This document shows, one piece after another, positions 20,535 to 31,690 of a DNA stretch of 36,012 bases. A program made the translations under genes and the position numbers. The notes below the pieces were generated by a model. The model saw nothing but the letters and a program-made list of their open reading frames with translations, was not told where the DNA came from and did not search any database. The DNA is taken from the sequence record SRR31147125_12107. The stretch is one strand, 5' to 3'. Numbering within the stretch: the first letter of the stretch is position 1; every line of letters begins with the position of its first letter.

Positions 20535-21233
20535 TTATCCAGCTTTTGTTTCATTATATATACGACGCAGCAGCTTTACATCTTCCCATGTATCCCGTTT
20601 ATATTGAGGATATCTGAGCAATTCTGCAGGATGATATGTTGCAATGAGTTGAGAACCTTCAAACTCGTGCACTTTTTGTCGTAAATCGCTCAGAGAAGAT
20701 TTTGTATTTAAAAGAATCTGTGCTGCTATTCTGCCCATACACAGAATAATTTTGGGTTTTATAAAATGAATTTGCTTTTTGAGGTAAGGTAAACATTGTT
20801 CCGTTTCTTCCACTTTTGGATCACGGCTGCGGGGAGTCCGGCATTTTAAAATATGACACATAAATACTTCTTGCCTGGTCAATTGGATAGAAAGGAGTAT
20901 TTTATCTAAAAGTTGTCCTGCTTCACCAGCAAAGGGTTCGCCTGCTAAATCGTCATCAGCTCTCGGGGCCTCGCCAACCAATACAATATCAGCCTGCGGA
21001 TTTCCGCCACCAAATACGAACTTGTTCCGGCTGTGCCCCAAGGCGCATCTGGTACAATCTTTAATATTGGCATAAAGCTCATCAATATTTTTTGAGCTTG
21101 TCCATTCTATTGGTTCATCTTTCTCTACGGAAACAGCAGTTTTGGACATCGAAAGAACGGGTTCATCCCCATATAAATCTATTTGTTGTTTAAGGTATTC
21201 TCCAATCTCATGTCCCAATTCCCTCATATCCAT
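20535..21233 (-). CDS. Family-4 uracil-DNA glycosylase-like Fe-S protein with atypical active-site motifs
   Basis: CxxC, KCR and a later Cys (4Fe-4S ligands), VFGGG, GEAP, PF and TYHPA. Confidence 0.85.
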   Translation of the reverse strand: MDMRELGHEIGEYLKQQIDLYGDEPVLSMSKTAVSVEKDEPIEWTSSKNIDELYANIKDCTRCALGHSRNKFVFGGGNPQADIVLVGEAPRADDDLAGEPFAGEAGQLLDKILLSIQLTRQEVFMCHILKCRTPRSRDPKVEETEQCLPYLKKQIHFIKPKIILCMGRIAAQILLNTKSSLSDLRQKVHEFEGSQLIATYHPAELLRYPQYKRDTWEDVKLLRRIYNETKAG

Positions 21234-21319
21234 TTTTATGTTTATTCCTCAGTCATTAATGAAAAAATCGGACAATAACCACATTTAAGGCATTATCATA
21301 ACATAAACTGCAAAATAAT

Positions 21320-22558
21320 TCAACTCTCGTCGATAGTCACAGGGACGGGATTCTGTTTGCTTCTTTTGGCTTTTATGTCACTTATTTTATCCAAAATCTT
21401 ATTCGCTACATCAAACTTACTCAAGAGTGGCCATTTTTCAATATGACCATCACAATCAAGGATTTGAACACGATTTGTATCCGCACCAAACGCGGCATCA
21501 TCCTCAAGTGGATTATTGATTACTATAAAATCGAGACTTTTTTTATCCAGTTTAATACGTGAATTTTCTATTTGGTTTTCTGTTTCTACTGAAAACCCCA
21601 CGTGAATTCGGCCACCTTTTGTCTTGCCGGACTCAAACAGGATATCCGGATTCATCAAAAGCTCGATGGTATTAAATTTTTTGTTTTTCTTTAATTTTTG
21701 TTTTAAAATTTCTTTCGGACGAAAATCACCAACAGCCGCAGCGCCAACAAGCACATCATTTTCCATTAAACAATCTTCTACCGCAGCAGCCATATCCCTG
21801 GCAGACCTGACTTTGACAAGTTTTACTCCTGCAAAGGCTTTTTGATCTGAAGGGCCACTCACCAAAGTGACCTGTGCCCCACGTAATCGGGCTGCCTCTG
21901 CAATGGCATATCCCATTTTTCCGGTGGATCGATTGCTTAAATATCGAACCGGATCGATGGCCTCCTCAGTGGGACCAGCTGTTACCAGGATCTTAAAATT
22001 CTGCAAATCAGTACGGCCAAACAACACGTTTTTGACCATATCAAGAATATCACTTTTGTCGGCAAGGCGCCCCCATCCTTCTTCACCACACGCCAATTCA
22101 CCGATTCCCGGTGCAACAAAATGATAACCAAAATCCAATAATTTTTTCTGATTAGCCTGGTAAATAGGATTTTTATACATATCCTTATTCATCGCCGGAC
22201 AAAATATGACTTTTTCGGTAGTCGCCATAAAGGTGGTCGTCAAGGCGTCATCTGCGATACCGTTTGCCATTTTCCCAACCAGATTCAATGTTGCCGGACA
22301 AATGATGACCACGTCCGGCCAGCGAGCCCAGTCAATATGGGCAGTTGATGAACCACCTTGTGCCGGAAAAAGGTCTGTTAATACAGGATATCCTGTTAAA
22401 GTCTCGAATGTAAGTGGACCAACAAAATGAGTGGCTGCTTTGGTCATCATGACTCTCACCTCAGCAGACATTTTTACAAATTCTCTGACCAGATCCGCGG
22501 CCTTGTAAGCAGCAATACCACCACCTACACCGATTAATATTTTCTTTTTAAAATACAT
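21320..22558 (-). CDS. coaBC: Bifunctional phosphopantothenoylcysteine decarboxylase/synthetase
   Basis: [36 protein letters not shown] and AAVGDF. The start is likely ATG 22558. Confidence 0.95.
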   Translation of the reverse strand: MYFKKKILIGVGGGIAAYKAADLVREFVKMSAEVRVMMTKAATHFVGPLTFETLTGYPVLTDLFPAQGGSSTAHIDWARWPDVVIICPATLNLVGKMANGIADDALTTTFMATTEKVIFCPAMNKDMYKNPIYQANQKKLLDFGYHFVAPGIGELACGEEGWGRLADKSDILDMVKNVLFGRTDLQNFKILVTAGPTEEAIDPVRYLSNRSTGKMGYAIAEAARLRGAQVTLVSGPSDQKAFAGVKLVKVRSARDMAAAVEDCLMENDVLVGAAAVGDFRPKEILKQKLKKNKKFNTIELLMNPDILFESGKTKGGRIHVGFSVETENQIENSRIKLDKKSLDFIVINNPLEDDAAFGADTNRVQILDCDGHIEKWPLLSKFDVANKILDKISDIKAKRSKQNPVPVTIDES

Positions 22559-22589
22559 TTTATTCACCATAGAGCAGCAAAGCTCAACT

Positions 22590-22865
22590 CTACTTTTCCG
22601 GATGTTCAAGAACTAATTTACCATCCATCATTTCCTGAAGTGCAATTTCAGTTGGCTTTGGCAGCTTTAAGTATTGTTTTTCAACAAAATCCTTATTAAA
22701 ACCTTCATCATCGTAATTATTATTACTCATTTCTTCGGTTTCAGCATCCAGCATCTGTTTTTGTAGTTCATTTATCTGTCGGGCTCTTTTTGCAATTACG
22801 ACGATAGCTTCAAAAATGTTTTCAGCACGCTCATCAAATTGGTCTAAAGGCAACGTTTTAATCAT
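22590..22865 (-). CDS. rpoZ: RNA polymerase omega subunit
   Basis: NIFEAIVVIAKRARQIN and KPTEIALQE; located between gmk and coaBC. Confidence 0.88.
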   Translation of the reverse strand: MIKTLPLDQFDERAENIFEAIVVIAKRARQINELQKQMLDAETEEMSNNNYDDEGFNKDFVEKQYLKLPKPTEIALQEMMDGKLVLEHPEK

Positions 22866-22919
22866 TTAATATCCTCCAATGATACCCATTGTTAATAATA
22901 TTTTTATCAAATTCGAAAA

Positions 22920-23489
22920 CTAACTAACACACTGATTAATAATAGCTTTCACCTCATCAACAGTATCTGTAAGTTTATTATTTATAACAGTATAATCAAA
23001 TTCGTCAATATAATCCATCTCCAGGCTCACTCTTGTCAATCTTTTGGCCACCTGCTCAGGAGTCTCTGTTGACCTTCCCTTTAATCGTGTCTTTAACACA
23101 TCCATATTGGGTGGTTTTAAAAAGATAAGAATCGAATCATTTCTGAATGCCTTTTTGATGGCCAGTGCGCCTTTTACATCTATATCCATCAGTACAATTT
23201 TACCAGCTGCAAGCCACTCTTCAATTGGCTTTTTCGGGGTTCCATAATAATAATCATGAACCCTTTCATATTCAATCAATTCATGGTTTTTAATTTTTTC
23301 CTCAAAGACATTCTTTTCAACAAACCAGTAATCCTGTCCGTCCAGTTCCCCTTCTCTTCTGGCTCTTGTTGTCAAAGAAACAGAGTAAATATAAGATTTA
23401 TTCGAATCTTTTAATATGTTTTTAATAACAGTCGTTTTTCCTCCACCTGAGGGGGACGAAACAACAACCAACAGTCCTTTTGATGCCAT
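22920..23489 (-). CDS. gmk: Guanylate kinase
   Basis: SPSGGGKT, TTRARREGE, YYGT and DIDVKGA. Confidence 0.96.
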   Translation of the reverse strand: MASKGLLVVVSSPSGGGKTTVIKNILKDSNKSYIYSVSLTTRARREGELDGQDYWFVEKNVFEEKIKNHELIEYERVHDYYYGTPKKPIEEWLAAGKIVLMDIDVKGALAIKKAFRNDSILIFLKPPNMDVLKTRLKGRSTETPEQVAKRLTRVSLEMDYIDEFDYTVINNKLTDTVDEVKAIINQCVS

Positions 23490-23522
23490 TAATCTATTAC
23501 TTTTATTTTATAAAATCCGGTT

Positions 23523-24401
23523 CTATTCAATATTCTGAACTTGTTCTCTGATTCTTTCAATTTCCTCTTTCACCTCAACGACGAGATGAGAAATTGGCGA
23601 TGAATTTGCTTTTGAACCAATCGTATTTGCTTCCCGGTTCATTTCCTGCAATAAAAAGTTTAATTTTCGCCCCACCGATTCATCGGCTTCAAGCAGTTCA
23701 ACAAACAGTTTATTATGACTTTGAAAACGAACGCATTCCTCAGTAATATCTATCCTGTCAGAGAGTAAAGCCAACTCCATTTCCAGGCGACCCTCATCAA
23801 ATTGTTCATTACTGACAAGCTTGTGGACCCGTGTTCTCAATTTCTCCAGTTCTTCCTGTGGACGATTTTTCGACAGTTCCTCAATCTCATGGGAAAGGCG
23901 TTGAAGATTTGAAATACGATTCTTGAAATCCTGTTTCAAGGAATTACCTTCTTTCAAACGATAGTCATATAACTTGTCAAGTGCATCGCTGATAGCCTGT
24001 TTTGTGCACTCCCATGTTTCATCACTCACCGTATCAGAATTATCTGAAACAATGACATCCTGTAAGCCTAACAACTGTCCAATATCAAACTGGCCCTCGA
24101 CATTTAACTCATCCCTGATTTCCTGAACGATACGGGAATAAGCCGTTGCCAGAGGTTTATTGAGCTTCAGATTTTGATACTTGTCATCGCCGCCAGTCAG
24201 ACTTACCCACACATTCACCCGACCTCTGGATACTTTTTTCGTAACCATATCACGAATTTGCTGCTCATAATCTAGAAGACATTTCGGAAGCTTGGCAACC
24301 ACATCCAAAAATCGATTATTGACAGATCGAATTTCAACTGTTATCTCTAATTCACCAATTCGGTTCGTATCACGACCATATCCGGTCATGCTTAAAATCA
24401 T
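23523..24401 (-). CDS. yicC: YicC/YloC family endoribonuclease
   Basis: MILSMTGYG, SVNNRFLD, DITEE, GRKLNFLLQEMNREANTIGSK and REQVQNIE. Confidence 0.95.
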   Translation of the reverse strand: MILSMTGYGRDTNRIGELEITVEIRSVNNRFLDVVAKLPKCLLDYEQQIRDMVTKKVSRGRVNVWVSLTGGDDKYQNLKLNKPLATAYSRIVQEIRDELNVEGQFDIGQLLGLQDVIVSDNSDTVSDETWECTKQAISDALDKLYDYRLKEGNSLKQDFKNRISNLQRLSHEIEELSKNRPQEELEKLRTRVHKLVSNEQFDEGRLEMELALLSDRIDITEECVRFQSHNKLFVELLEADESVGRKLNFLLQEMNREANTIGSKANSSPISHLVVEVKEEIERIREQVQNIE

Positions 24402-24569
24402 GTAAACCTCTACTTGTAAAAAAAAATCTATTAAAATATATCTTGCTCTGGATTACTATATTCTTCTTTGTATTTCCGTCCGACATTATTATCCTGTATG
24501 TCATCGGGAATCATAAAGTGTTTGATTATCACTCATTTTCAAAATATCCATAAAAATATACAGACTACT

Positions 24570-24598
24570 ATTTTACTGATTTTTTTTGTTTTAGTCAA
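24570..24598 (-). promoter_or_regulatory. Putative sigma70 promoter of the yicC-gmk-rpoZ-coaBC unit
   Basis: TTGACT-17 nt-TAAAAT just downstream of a terminator. Confidence 0.6.
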
Positions 24599-24633
24599 AT
24601 GATTTTTCTCACACTTGTTGTGATTCGGCTTAC

Positions 24634-24670
24634 AAAAAGGGCTTCAATTAAGAGTTAATAATTGAAGCCC
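24634..24670 (-). terminator. Intrinsic terminator after the PorV-like gene
   Basis: GGGCTTCAATTA...TAATTGAAGCCC, a 12-bp stem followed by TTTTT on the minus strand. Confidence 0.85.
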
Positions 24671-24703
24671 AAAGAATTTTTATCGGTCCTTTTGCCAAAC
24701 GAC

Positions 24704-25732
24704 TCACCTTCTGGCAAATCGCCCTTCTTCGAGTTTCAATCTAATCGATACACGGTGTGTTGTATCAAGTTCATCGTGTTTCAAAAAAGCATAGTCAATG
24801 TCTAACCTGGGAAGCTTAATTCCCGCCCCAGCTGTTAATTTACCGATCGCATCTTTCCCCACTCGTAAAGCAACCACATTACGTATGTTTAATTCGCCTC
24901 CCACATGAAAATCCATGCTGACCTCGCCAAAGGACACCTGGGAAGCAAAGTCCCGTCCCTCAAACATCACATCCGCATCAGCCGCTATCAGAAAGACACT
25001 TTTCATGGAAGGTAATCCAATAGGATAAGCCAGACCTGTTTTAACCGTTGGTGATATGAGTTCCCTGCGTCCTGTATTCCATGCCAAAAGAGTTGTTGTT
25101 ACATCCTGGACATTGACACCAGTCATCAGATTCCCAACCGGATTCCACAAAGCACCAATATCGAATCCGATGCCCCAGGCGGAATCATCACCAACCCCCT
25201 TACGCACAAACTTAAAGTTAGCACCATATGAAAAGCGTGAAGAACGCTGCTTTGCATAACTGACATAAACGGCATATTCTGCGTCATTTACCGTATGATC
25301 TACAAAAGGACGGTTTGAAATGGTATTACCATTCGCGTCTGTATAACTTATATAGGGAGCCAGATCCGGTCTGGGTAATGCTGTTATCGGAATATCATCT
25401 ACAGCAAGTCGGATCACCGACAGACCCAGGCTTGATTTTTTCTGAAAAGGTAATGCAAAACCAGCATAATCATAGTTAACGATACCGCCAAAACGCCTGG
25501 CATGCATAGCTGACAGTTCAGGATAATTAATATTAGCCAGACCGGCCGGATTCCAATAACCAAAAGTAACATCACCTCCTACAGCCACATGGGCTCCCCC
25601 CATACCGAGTGCGCGCGCACCAACACCAGTGCTCATAAAATCTCCAGCATATTTTGCTATTTCAGCAGATTCGGCAAAATGCACTGAACAAAAGAAAAAT
25701 GCGACTAACAGAAATTTATTTCTCACAAACAC
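24704..25732 (-). CDS. PorV/PorQ (UPF0164)-like outer-membrane protein
   Basis: Signal peptide, GVGARALGMGGAHVAV and YWNPAGLA, GFDIG, and a C-terminal DYAF...THRVS pattern. Confidence 0.75.
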   Translation of the reverse strand: MFVRNKFLLVAFFFCSVHFAESAEIAKYAGDFMSTGVGARALGMGGAHVAVGGDVTFGYWNPAGLANINYPELSAMHARRFGGIVNYDYAGFALPFQKKSSLGLSVIRLAVDDIPITALPRPDLAPYISYTDANGNTISNRPFVDHTVNDAEYAVYVSYAKQRSSRFSYGANFKFVRKGVGDDSAWGIGFDIGALWNPVGNLMTGVNVQDVTTTLLAWNTGRRELISPTVKTGLAYPIGLPSMKSVFLIAADADVMFEGRDFASQVSFGEVSMDFHVGGELNIRNVVALRVGKDAIGKLTAGAGIKLPRLDIDYAFLKHDELDTTHRVSIRLKLEEGRFARR

Positions 25733-25781
25733 CTCTTTCCAGGTTCACCTGAGTGTTCTTGTTTTCAAATTTGCCATGGAT

Positions 25782-28405
25782 CTACAATTTGGCGTCATCT
25801 ACTAATTGCCTCAATTCCTCCAACTTGTTTAAAGCTTCAATTGGTGTAATTTGATTTGGATCTATTTTTTTCAGTTCGAGTCGTAAACTTTTTCCAATTC
25901 TCCGAACAAATTCAATTGTTGAGTGGCCGTATCCTGTACCGGATGATGTTCAGCCAATTTGGGCGTATCTGAAGAATCAAGTTCTTCTGATTCGAGATTT
26001 TTTAATATTTCTTTCGCTCTATTTATAACCTCAACAGGCAATCCAGCCAGTTTAGCCACCTGAATGCCATAACTATGGTCACATCCTCCTGGAATAATTT
26101 TCCGGAGGAAAACAATATGGTCACCCCACTCTTTGACCGCAACATTATAGTTCTTTACACGCGGTAATATTAATTCAAGTTCCGTTAATTCATGATAATG
26201 CGTGGCAAAGGCTGTTTTTGCTGCTAATTTCGGCGTATTGTGCAGGTATTCTGCCACAGACCAGGCAATAGACAATCCGTCAAAGGTGCTTGTTCCGCGT
26301 CCTATTTCATCTAATATAAGCAGACTGCGAGGTGTGGCATTATTAAGAATATTGGCAGTTTCATTCATTTCTGTTAAAAATGTACTTTCACCCGCTGCCA
26401 GGTTGTCAGAAGCTCCTACTCGGGTAAAGACACGATCAACAATACCCAGCTTTGCTGACCGGGCAGGAATAAAACTCCCCATTTGCGCCATAATAACAAT
26501 GAGACCTATCTGCCTCAAAAAAGTTGATTTTCCTGCCATATTAGGACCGGTTATTATAAGAATCTGGTCCTTTTTATTGTCCAATTTTGTATCATTTACA
26601 ATAAACTGTTCTCCAGGTGGTAACAGTTTTTCGACTACCGGGTGTCTGCCATCACCGATTTCAATTTCATCGCTTTCATTCATTTCCGGCCGGCTGTAAT
26701 CATTTTCAACCGCGATTACTGCAAAACTGAAAAGACAATCAATATAAGCTAAATTTGCGGCATTTTTTTGCAGCGCTTCTGTCTGTGCCAGAACATCCCG
26801 GCGCAGTTTGTCGAATAACTCGTATTCGAGCGACGCCATTTTCTCCTCTGCGCCCAGCACCTTTTCCTCATATTCTTTCAATTCCTGGGTAATGAATCGC
26901 TCAGCATTCACCAAGGTCTGTTTACGGGTATAATGAGTTGGCACTTTGGATATATGTGGTTTGGTGACTTCAATAAAATAACCAAACACTTTATTAAAAT
27001 TAACTTTTAAAGAAGGGATGCCTGTTTTTTCACGTTCCTGTTTTTGTAAACGTGCGATCCAGTCTTTGCCTGAATAGGCTATTTCACGTAATTCATCTAA
27101 TTCCTTATTATAACCTCGTTTTATCAGTCCACCATCTGTTATAGATAGCGGTGGATTATCAACAATGGCTGATTCAATATTGTTGGCCAGATCTGTCAGG
27201 CAGTCGAAGGCCTCGCCAATACTCTTAACCAATGATGAAGAACATGACCTTATTTGGGCTTGTACTTTAGCGACAATCTTCAAAGTTACCATAATAGAAT
27301 GAGCATCGCGCGCATTCGCACGTCCTGTTACAAATTTTGCTACGAGTCTTTCTAAATCACCGGCACCCTTTAAGGTGTCGCGTAAAAAATCACGTAATTC
27401 AGGTTTATTTACAAACTCGTCAACAGAATCATGGCGATCGGTAATAGATTTCAAATGCGTTAACGGGCTCTGCATCCACCTGACTAACATACGAGCGCCC
27501 ATGGGAGTACAGGTTGCGTCCATGACAGTTAATAAAGTACCCTGTTTATTTTCCGGAGTCATGGATTGTAATAGCTCGAGATTTCGACGAGTGGTACTGT
27601 CGATAATCATTGTTTCTGAATCTGAAAAGCGGGACATCTTGTTGATATGGATAAGTTTTTCTTTATTATTCTCTTTCAGGTAGGCCAGTATCGCACCAGC
27701 CGCAGAAATACCCGCATGAAATTCTTCAAGACCAAAACCTTTTAACGAAAGGGTACTGAAATGCTCTAACAATATTTCATAACCATAGTCATAACCAAAG
27801 GTCCATTCATCTCTTTTGGTTATGGTCACTCCATTATTATTTCCTAACTGATCCAGAATAAAATCATCTTGATCTTCGCTGATAAGTATTTCTGTTGGCT
27901 GAATAAAAGAAATAAACTCTTTTAATCCTTTTTTGGAAGACTCGGCAATCTGAAACTCACCGGTGGAAACATCGATTTTGGCAAGGCCACATTTTTGTGC
28001 CGTCATATAGACGGACACGAGATAATTATTTCGTTTTGTATCTAAAATATCATCAGAGATAGCTGTGCCCGGAGTCACGACCTGAAGCACTTTTCTTTTT
28101 ACAATCGTTTTTGCTGTTTTGGGGTCTTCAACCTGTTCACATACGGCTACACGGTAACCAGCCTTGATCATTTTGGCCAAATAGGTATCTAATGCATGGT
28201 GTGGAAACCCGGCAAGAGGGACGTCAGCGGCTTTTCCGTGCGCCCTGGACGTAAGTGTAATACCCAGAACCCGTGAGCCGAGTCTGGCATCGTCATAAAA
28301 CATTTCATAGAAATCACCCATTCGAAAAAACAGAACAGCATCTTTATGATTTGCTTTAATGGCGAGATATTGTCCCATTAAAGGTGTTGTTTTCTTTTGG
28401 CTCAT
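25782..28405 (-). CDS. mutS: DNA mismatch repair protein MutS (C-terminal frame break at an A5 run, 25889-25893)
   Basis: TPLMGQY, GDFYEMF, TGPNMAGKST, DEIGRGT and SYGIQVA. One added A restores the tail EKSLRLELKKIDPNQITPIEALNKL, ending at TAG 25782. Confidence 0.96.
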
Positions 28406-28472
28406 TTATATTTATTTCAACTCAAATAGATATATTCGGAATATTGTGATTATTTACACTCATAATTCCGAT

Positions 28473-29357
28473 TTAATTTTTAATATGTTTAAATACAGAA
28501 TTATCTGCACCCCAATTCAGTTTCGTGCGTAAAATTTCATAAAAATTACGTTTACCCGTTGAAATCCATTTTAACGAATAATCTGCTTTTTTGATATTTA
28601 TCCAGTCATTCGGTCCGATTGTGCATCGGTGGTGACCGTCAATATTAATTTGAGCTTGTGTTTGCTCTGATATCAGAGACACATTTATAACACTCTCTCC
28701 CAACAATACAATGGGACGTTCCGTTAAAGAATGCGGACAAATTGGAGTCACAATAAATGCCTGCATAGTCGGTTCTAAAAGTGGACCGCCCGCAGACAGA
28801 GAATAGGCTGTTGAGCCGGTTGGTGTCGCAATGATAACGCCATCGCTGCGAAATCGATTCAGGAAATTACCATCCACACTCACTTCAGCTGTGATCATTC
28901 TGGCAGTTCTGCCTTTATCAACCACAACATCATTGAGCGCATAGTAGGTAGACACCTGGTTATCCTTATGCACATCAACAGCCAGAACCATTCGCTCTAT
29001 TATAGAATATCGACCCTGTAAAAGTTGATGAATAGTGGTTTGCAATTCTTCCACCACAACCTCTGCCAGGAATCCAAGCGCACCCACATTAACACCGACA
29101 ATTGGAACACCGGATTTACCCACTTTATTCGCTGTGGACAAAATGGTTCCATCTCCACCAAAAGCAATGACGATCTGACATTCATAGCCAATTTTATCCA
29201 GGGGAATGACTGGAGTGTTTGTTTTCAGATCCAAAAAGTCAGTTAATTCTTCTGAATACACATAGTCCACGCCAAGCTTTTCAAGATATTTAACAAATGT
29301 TTGAATAGCTTCCCGGGCTTTTGGTTTATCAATATTTCCTGCGATGCCAAATTTCAT
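28473..29357 (-). CDS. nadK: NAD kinase
   Basis: GGDGT, GVNVGALGFL, LND and DGVIIATPTGSTAYSLSAGGP. Confidence 0.95.
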   Translation of the reverse strand: MKFGIAGNIDKPKAREAIQTFVKYLEKLGVDYVYSEELTDFLDLKTNTPVIPLDKIGYECQIVIAFGGDGTILSTANKVGKSGVPIVGVNVGALGFLAEVVVEELQTTIHQLLQGRYSIIERMVLAVDVHKDNQVSTYYALNDVVVDKGRTARMITAEVSVDGNFLNRFRSDGVIIATPTGSTAYSLSAGGPLLEPTMQAFIVTPICPHSLTERPIVLLGESVINVSLISEQTQAQINIDGHHRCTIGPNDWINIKKADYSLKWISTGKRNFYEILRTKLNWGADNSVFKHIKN

Positions 29358-29362
29358 GCAGT

Positions 29363-31300
29363 TTACCCATGTTTGTTAAATTTAAAGAGCTCTTTAAATT
29401 TATTTGTTTTCACAAGATCCTGATAAATATGTGAAGACCGAACCGCATTTAATATTCCATCCACGCTCAACCCTACCTGATCCAATAAAATTTGTCTGTT
29501 TCCCTGATCCACAAACGTGTCCGGAATACCCAATCTGACTAATTCAATATACTTTGTTCTTTTATCGGTAAAATATTCGGCCACCTCACTGCCAAATCCA
29601 CCCTTTAAAATACCTTCTTCTAAAGTGAGTACCAACTTGAATCGCGAGGCAACATCCTCTAACATTTTTGTGTCAATAGGCTTTACAAACCTGGCATTAA
29701 CAACATGCGCGCTGAGACCTTCTTCCTTTTCCATTATCTCAGCTGCTTCTTTTGCCTTGCTCACCATCGGTCCCAATGCAAGAATGGCCACATCTTTACC
29801 GTGTCGAACAACCTGACTTTGGCCCAATGGTATAAGCGAAAAGGAGTCGCTCAATGCAACACCATCACCCTGTCCTCGGGGATATCGAATCGCGACTGGC
29901 CCATCCTTGTATTCTGCCGCCGTCCAAAGCATGTGGCGAAGTTCTTCTTCATCTTTGGGAACCATAAGAACCAAATCCGGAACGGTTCGCAGATAAGCAA
30001 TATCAAATACGCCGTGGTGAGTTGGACCATCATCACCTACAACACCGGCACGATCGACAGCAAAAATAACCGGTAATTTTTGTAAAGCAACATCATGGAT
30101 AATTTGATCATAACCTCTCTGTAAAAAGCTGGAATAGACAGCGACAACAGGCCTCTGACCCTGACTTGCCAAACCAGCGGCAAAAGTAACAGCATGTTCT
30201 TCTGCAATACCAACATCAAAAAATCGCTCGGGATACTTTTCAGCAAACGAACTTAATCCGGTCCCAAGGGCCATAGCTGCTGTAATAGTTGATATTTTAT
30301 CATTTTTTTCAGCGATTTCTGTTATCGCTTTGCCAAAGACGCTGGTAAATGTTGGAATTCTTGATTTCGCCAGCACCTGACCTGTCTTTGGATTAAACTG
30401 ACCGAGTCCATGAAATTTCGGTGCATTCTCTTCTGCAGGCTTGTAACCCTTACCCTTTTTGGTAAGGACGTGTACCAACAGAGGCCCCTGCAACTCCTTT
30501 ACTTGCTTGAATAACCGAATCAATCCGGAAATATTATGCCCATCAATGGGACCCAAATATCGAAAACCAAGTTTCTCGAAAATAATTCCAGGTATAATCA
30601 TACCTTTAAGACTCTTTTGAACACGTCGGGCCACCCACCTTATTTTCGGGCCCATATGATCAAATTTTCCAGTCAGATCCCACACTTCATCTTTTAATTT
30701 GTTATAGATCGGATTAGAGATGATGGTGGTCAAATAGTTCGATATAGCGCCCACATTCGGTGAAATGGACATGCTGTTATCATTCAGGACAATAATAATA
30801 TTCTTTCCGGATGCACCGGCATTATTCAATCCCTCAAAAGACAAACCACCAGTCAAAGCACCATCACCCACGATGCCAAGAACGTGATAATCGTCCTGCG
30901 CTAAATCTCGTGCGCAGGCCATGCCAAACGCGGCAGAAATAGCCGTACTTGCATGCCCGGTTCCAAAGGCATCATAACCGCTTTCAGTCAGCTTTGGAAA
31001 CCCGCTAATGCCGCCCATTTGTCTGTTGGTTTTAAATTCTTCACGTCGACCGGTAAGAATCTTGTGCGGATAAGCCTGATGGCCAACATCCCAAACAATT
31101 TTATCCCGTGGTGTATTAAAAATATGATGCAAAACAATCGTTAATTCAACGACCCCTAAGGATGGTGCCAGATGGCCACCAGTATCACAAACTGTGTTGA
31201 TGATGTAATCTCGCAACTCGCGCGCAAGTTGGGCAAGACTGGGTATATCTAAATCTTTTAAATCGTCCGGCGATTCTATGTGAGATAATATATCTTTCAT
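29363..31300 (-). CDS. dxs: 1-deoxy-D-xylulose-5-phosphate synthase
   Basis: GGHLAPSLG, WDVGHQ, GDGALTGG, NDN, DVGIAEEH and DGPTHHG. Confidence 0.97.
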   Translation of the reverse strand: MKDILSHIESPDDLKDLDIPSLAQLARELRDYIINTVCDTGGHLAPSLGVVELTIVLHHIFNTPRDKIVWDVGHQAYPHKILTGRREEFKTNRQMGGISGFPKLTESGYDAFGTGHASTAISAAFGMACARDLAQDDYHVLGIVGDGALTGGLSFEGLNNAGASGKNIIIVLNDNSMSISPNVGAISNYLTTIISNPIYNKLKDEVWDLTGKFDHMGPKIRWVARRVQKSLKGMIIPGIIFEKLGFRYLGPIDGHNISGLIRLFKQVKELQGPLLVHVLTKKGKGYKPAEENAPKFHGLGQFNPKTGQVLAKSRIPTFTSVFGKAITEIAEKNDKISTITAAMALGTGLSSFAEKYPERFFDVGIAEEHAVTFAAGLASQGQRPVVAVYSSFLQRGYDQIIHDVALQKLPVIFAVDRAGVVGDDGPTHHGVFDIAYLRTVPDLVLMVPKDEEELRHMLWTAAEYKDGPVAIRYPRGQGDGVALSDSFSLIPLGQSQVVRHGKDVAILALGPMVSKAKEAAEIMEKEEGLSAHVVNARFVKPIDTKMLEDVASRFKLVLTLEEGILKGGFGSEVAEYFTDKRTKYIELVRLGIPDTFVDQGNRQILLDQVGLSVDGILNAVRSSHIYQDLVKTNKFKELFKFNKHG

Positions 31301-31468
31301 ACGAAATTCATTTGATCCCAGTTATATTAATAATTCCTGCTGATAAATTTTGGCTTTAATGAAATACACTTTGTAAAAGCATAAAATCTAATCTTCAAAA
31401 TCAATTCAATAACAAAATAAATCCTTTTAAAAAATCCGGTGAAATTTGTCTTGAATATAACTGAGCTT

Positions 31469-31690
31469 TTATTGGTCATCCCTATCTGATAGTTTGAAAC
31501 TTTTATTTTCTTTTGTCAAAATTTGTATCTTTGTTTCAGCCTGATCGAGTTTTTCAGAACAAAGTTTGGCTAGTTCACTGCCTTCTTCAAAAAGCGTAAT
31601 GGATTCTTCCAGGCTTTTTGAGCCACTTTCGAGCATATCAGCTATCTCTTCTAGCCTTTTCATAGCTGTTTCAAATTTTTGCTCCTTCAT
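31469..31690 (-). CDS. xseB: Exodeoxyribonuclease VII small subunit
   Basis: FETAMKRLEEI and LEESITLFEEG; overlaps the end of xseA. Confidence 0.92.
   Translation of the reverse strand: MKEQKFETAMKRLEEIADMLESGSKSLEESITLFEEGSELAKLCSEKLDQAETKIQILTKENKSFKLSDRDDQ

Noticed and set aside
24430-24551. Short uORFs in the yicC leader (for example MIPDDIQDNNVGRK...)
   Set aside because: No RBS, no biased codon content and no associated terminator.
3085-25893. Calling queC, lnt, dnaB, mutS and the others pseudogenes or programmed frameshifts
   Set aside because: The breaks occur only at homopolymers, catalytic motifs are intact, and essential genes are affected; sequencing error is the simpler explanation.
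31301-31468. Remnant of ispA between xseB and dxs
   Set aside because: The gap is 168 nt of AT-rich sequence with no recognisable coding remnant; this is just a different gene order.
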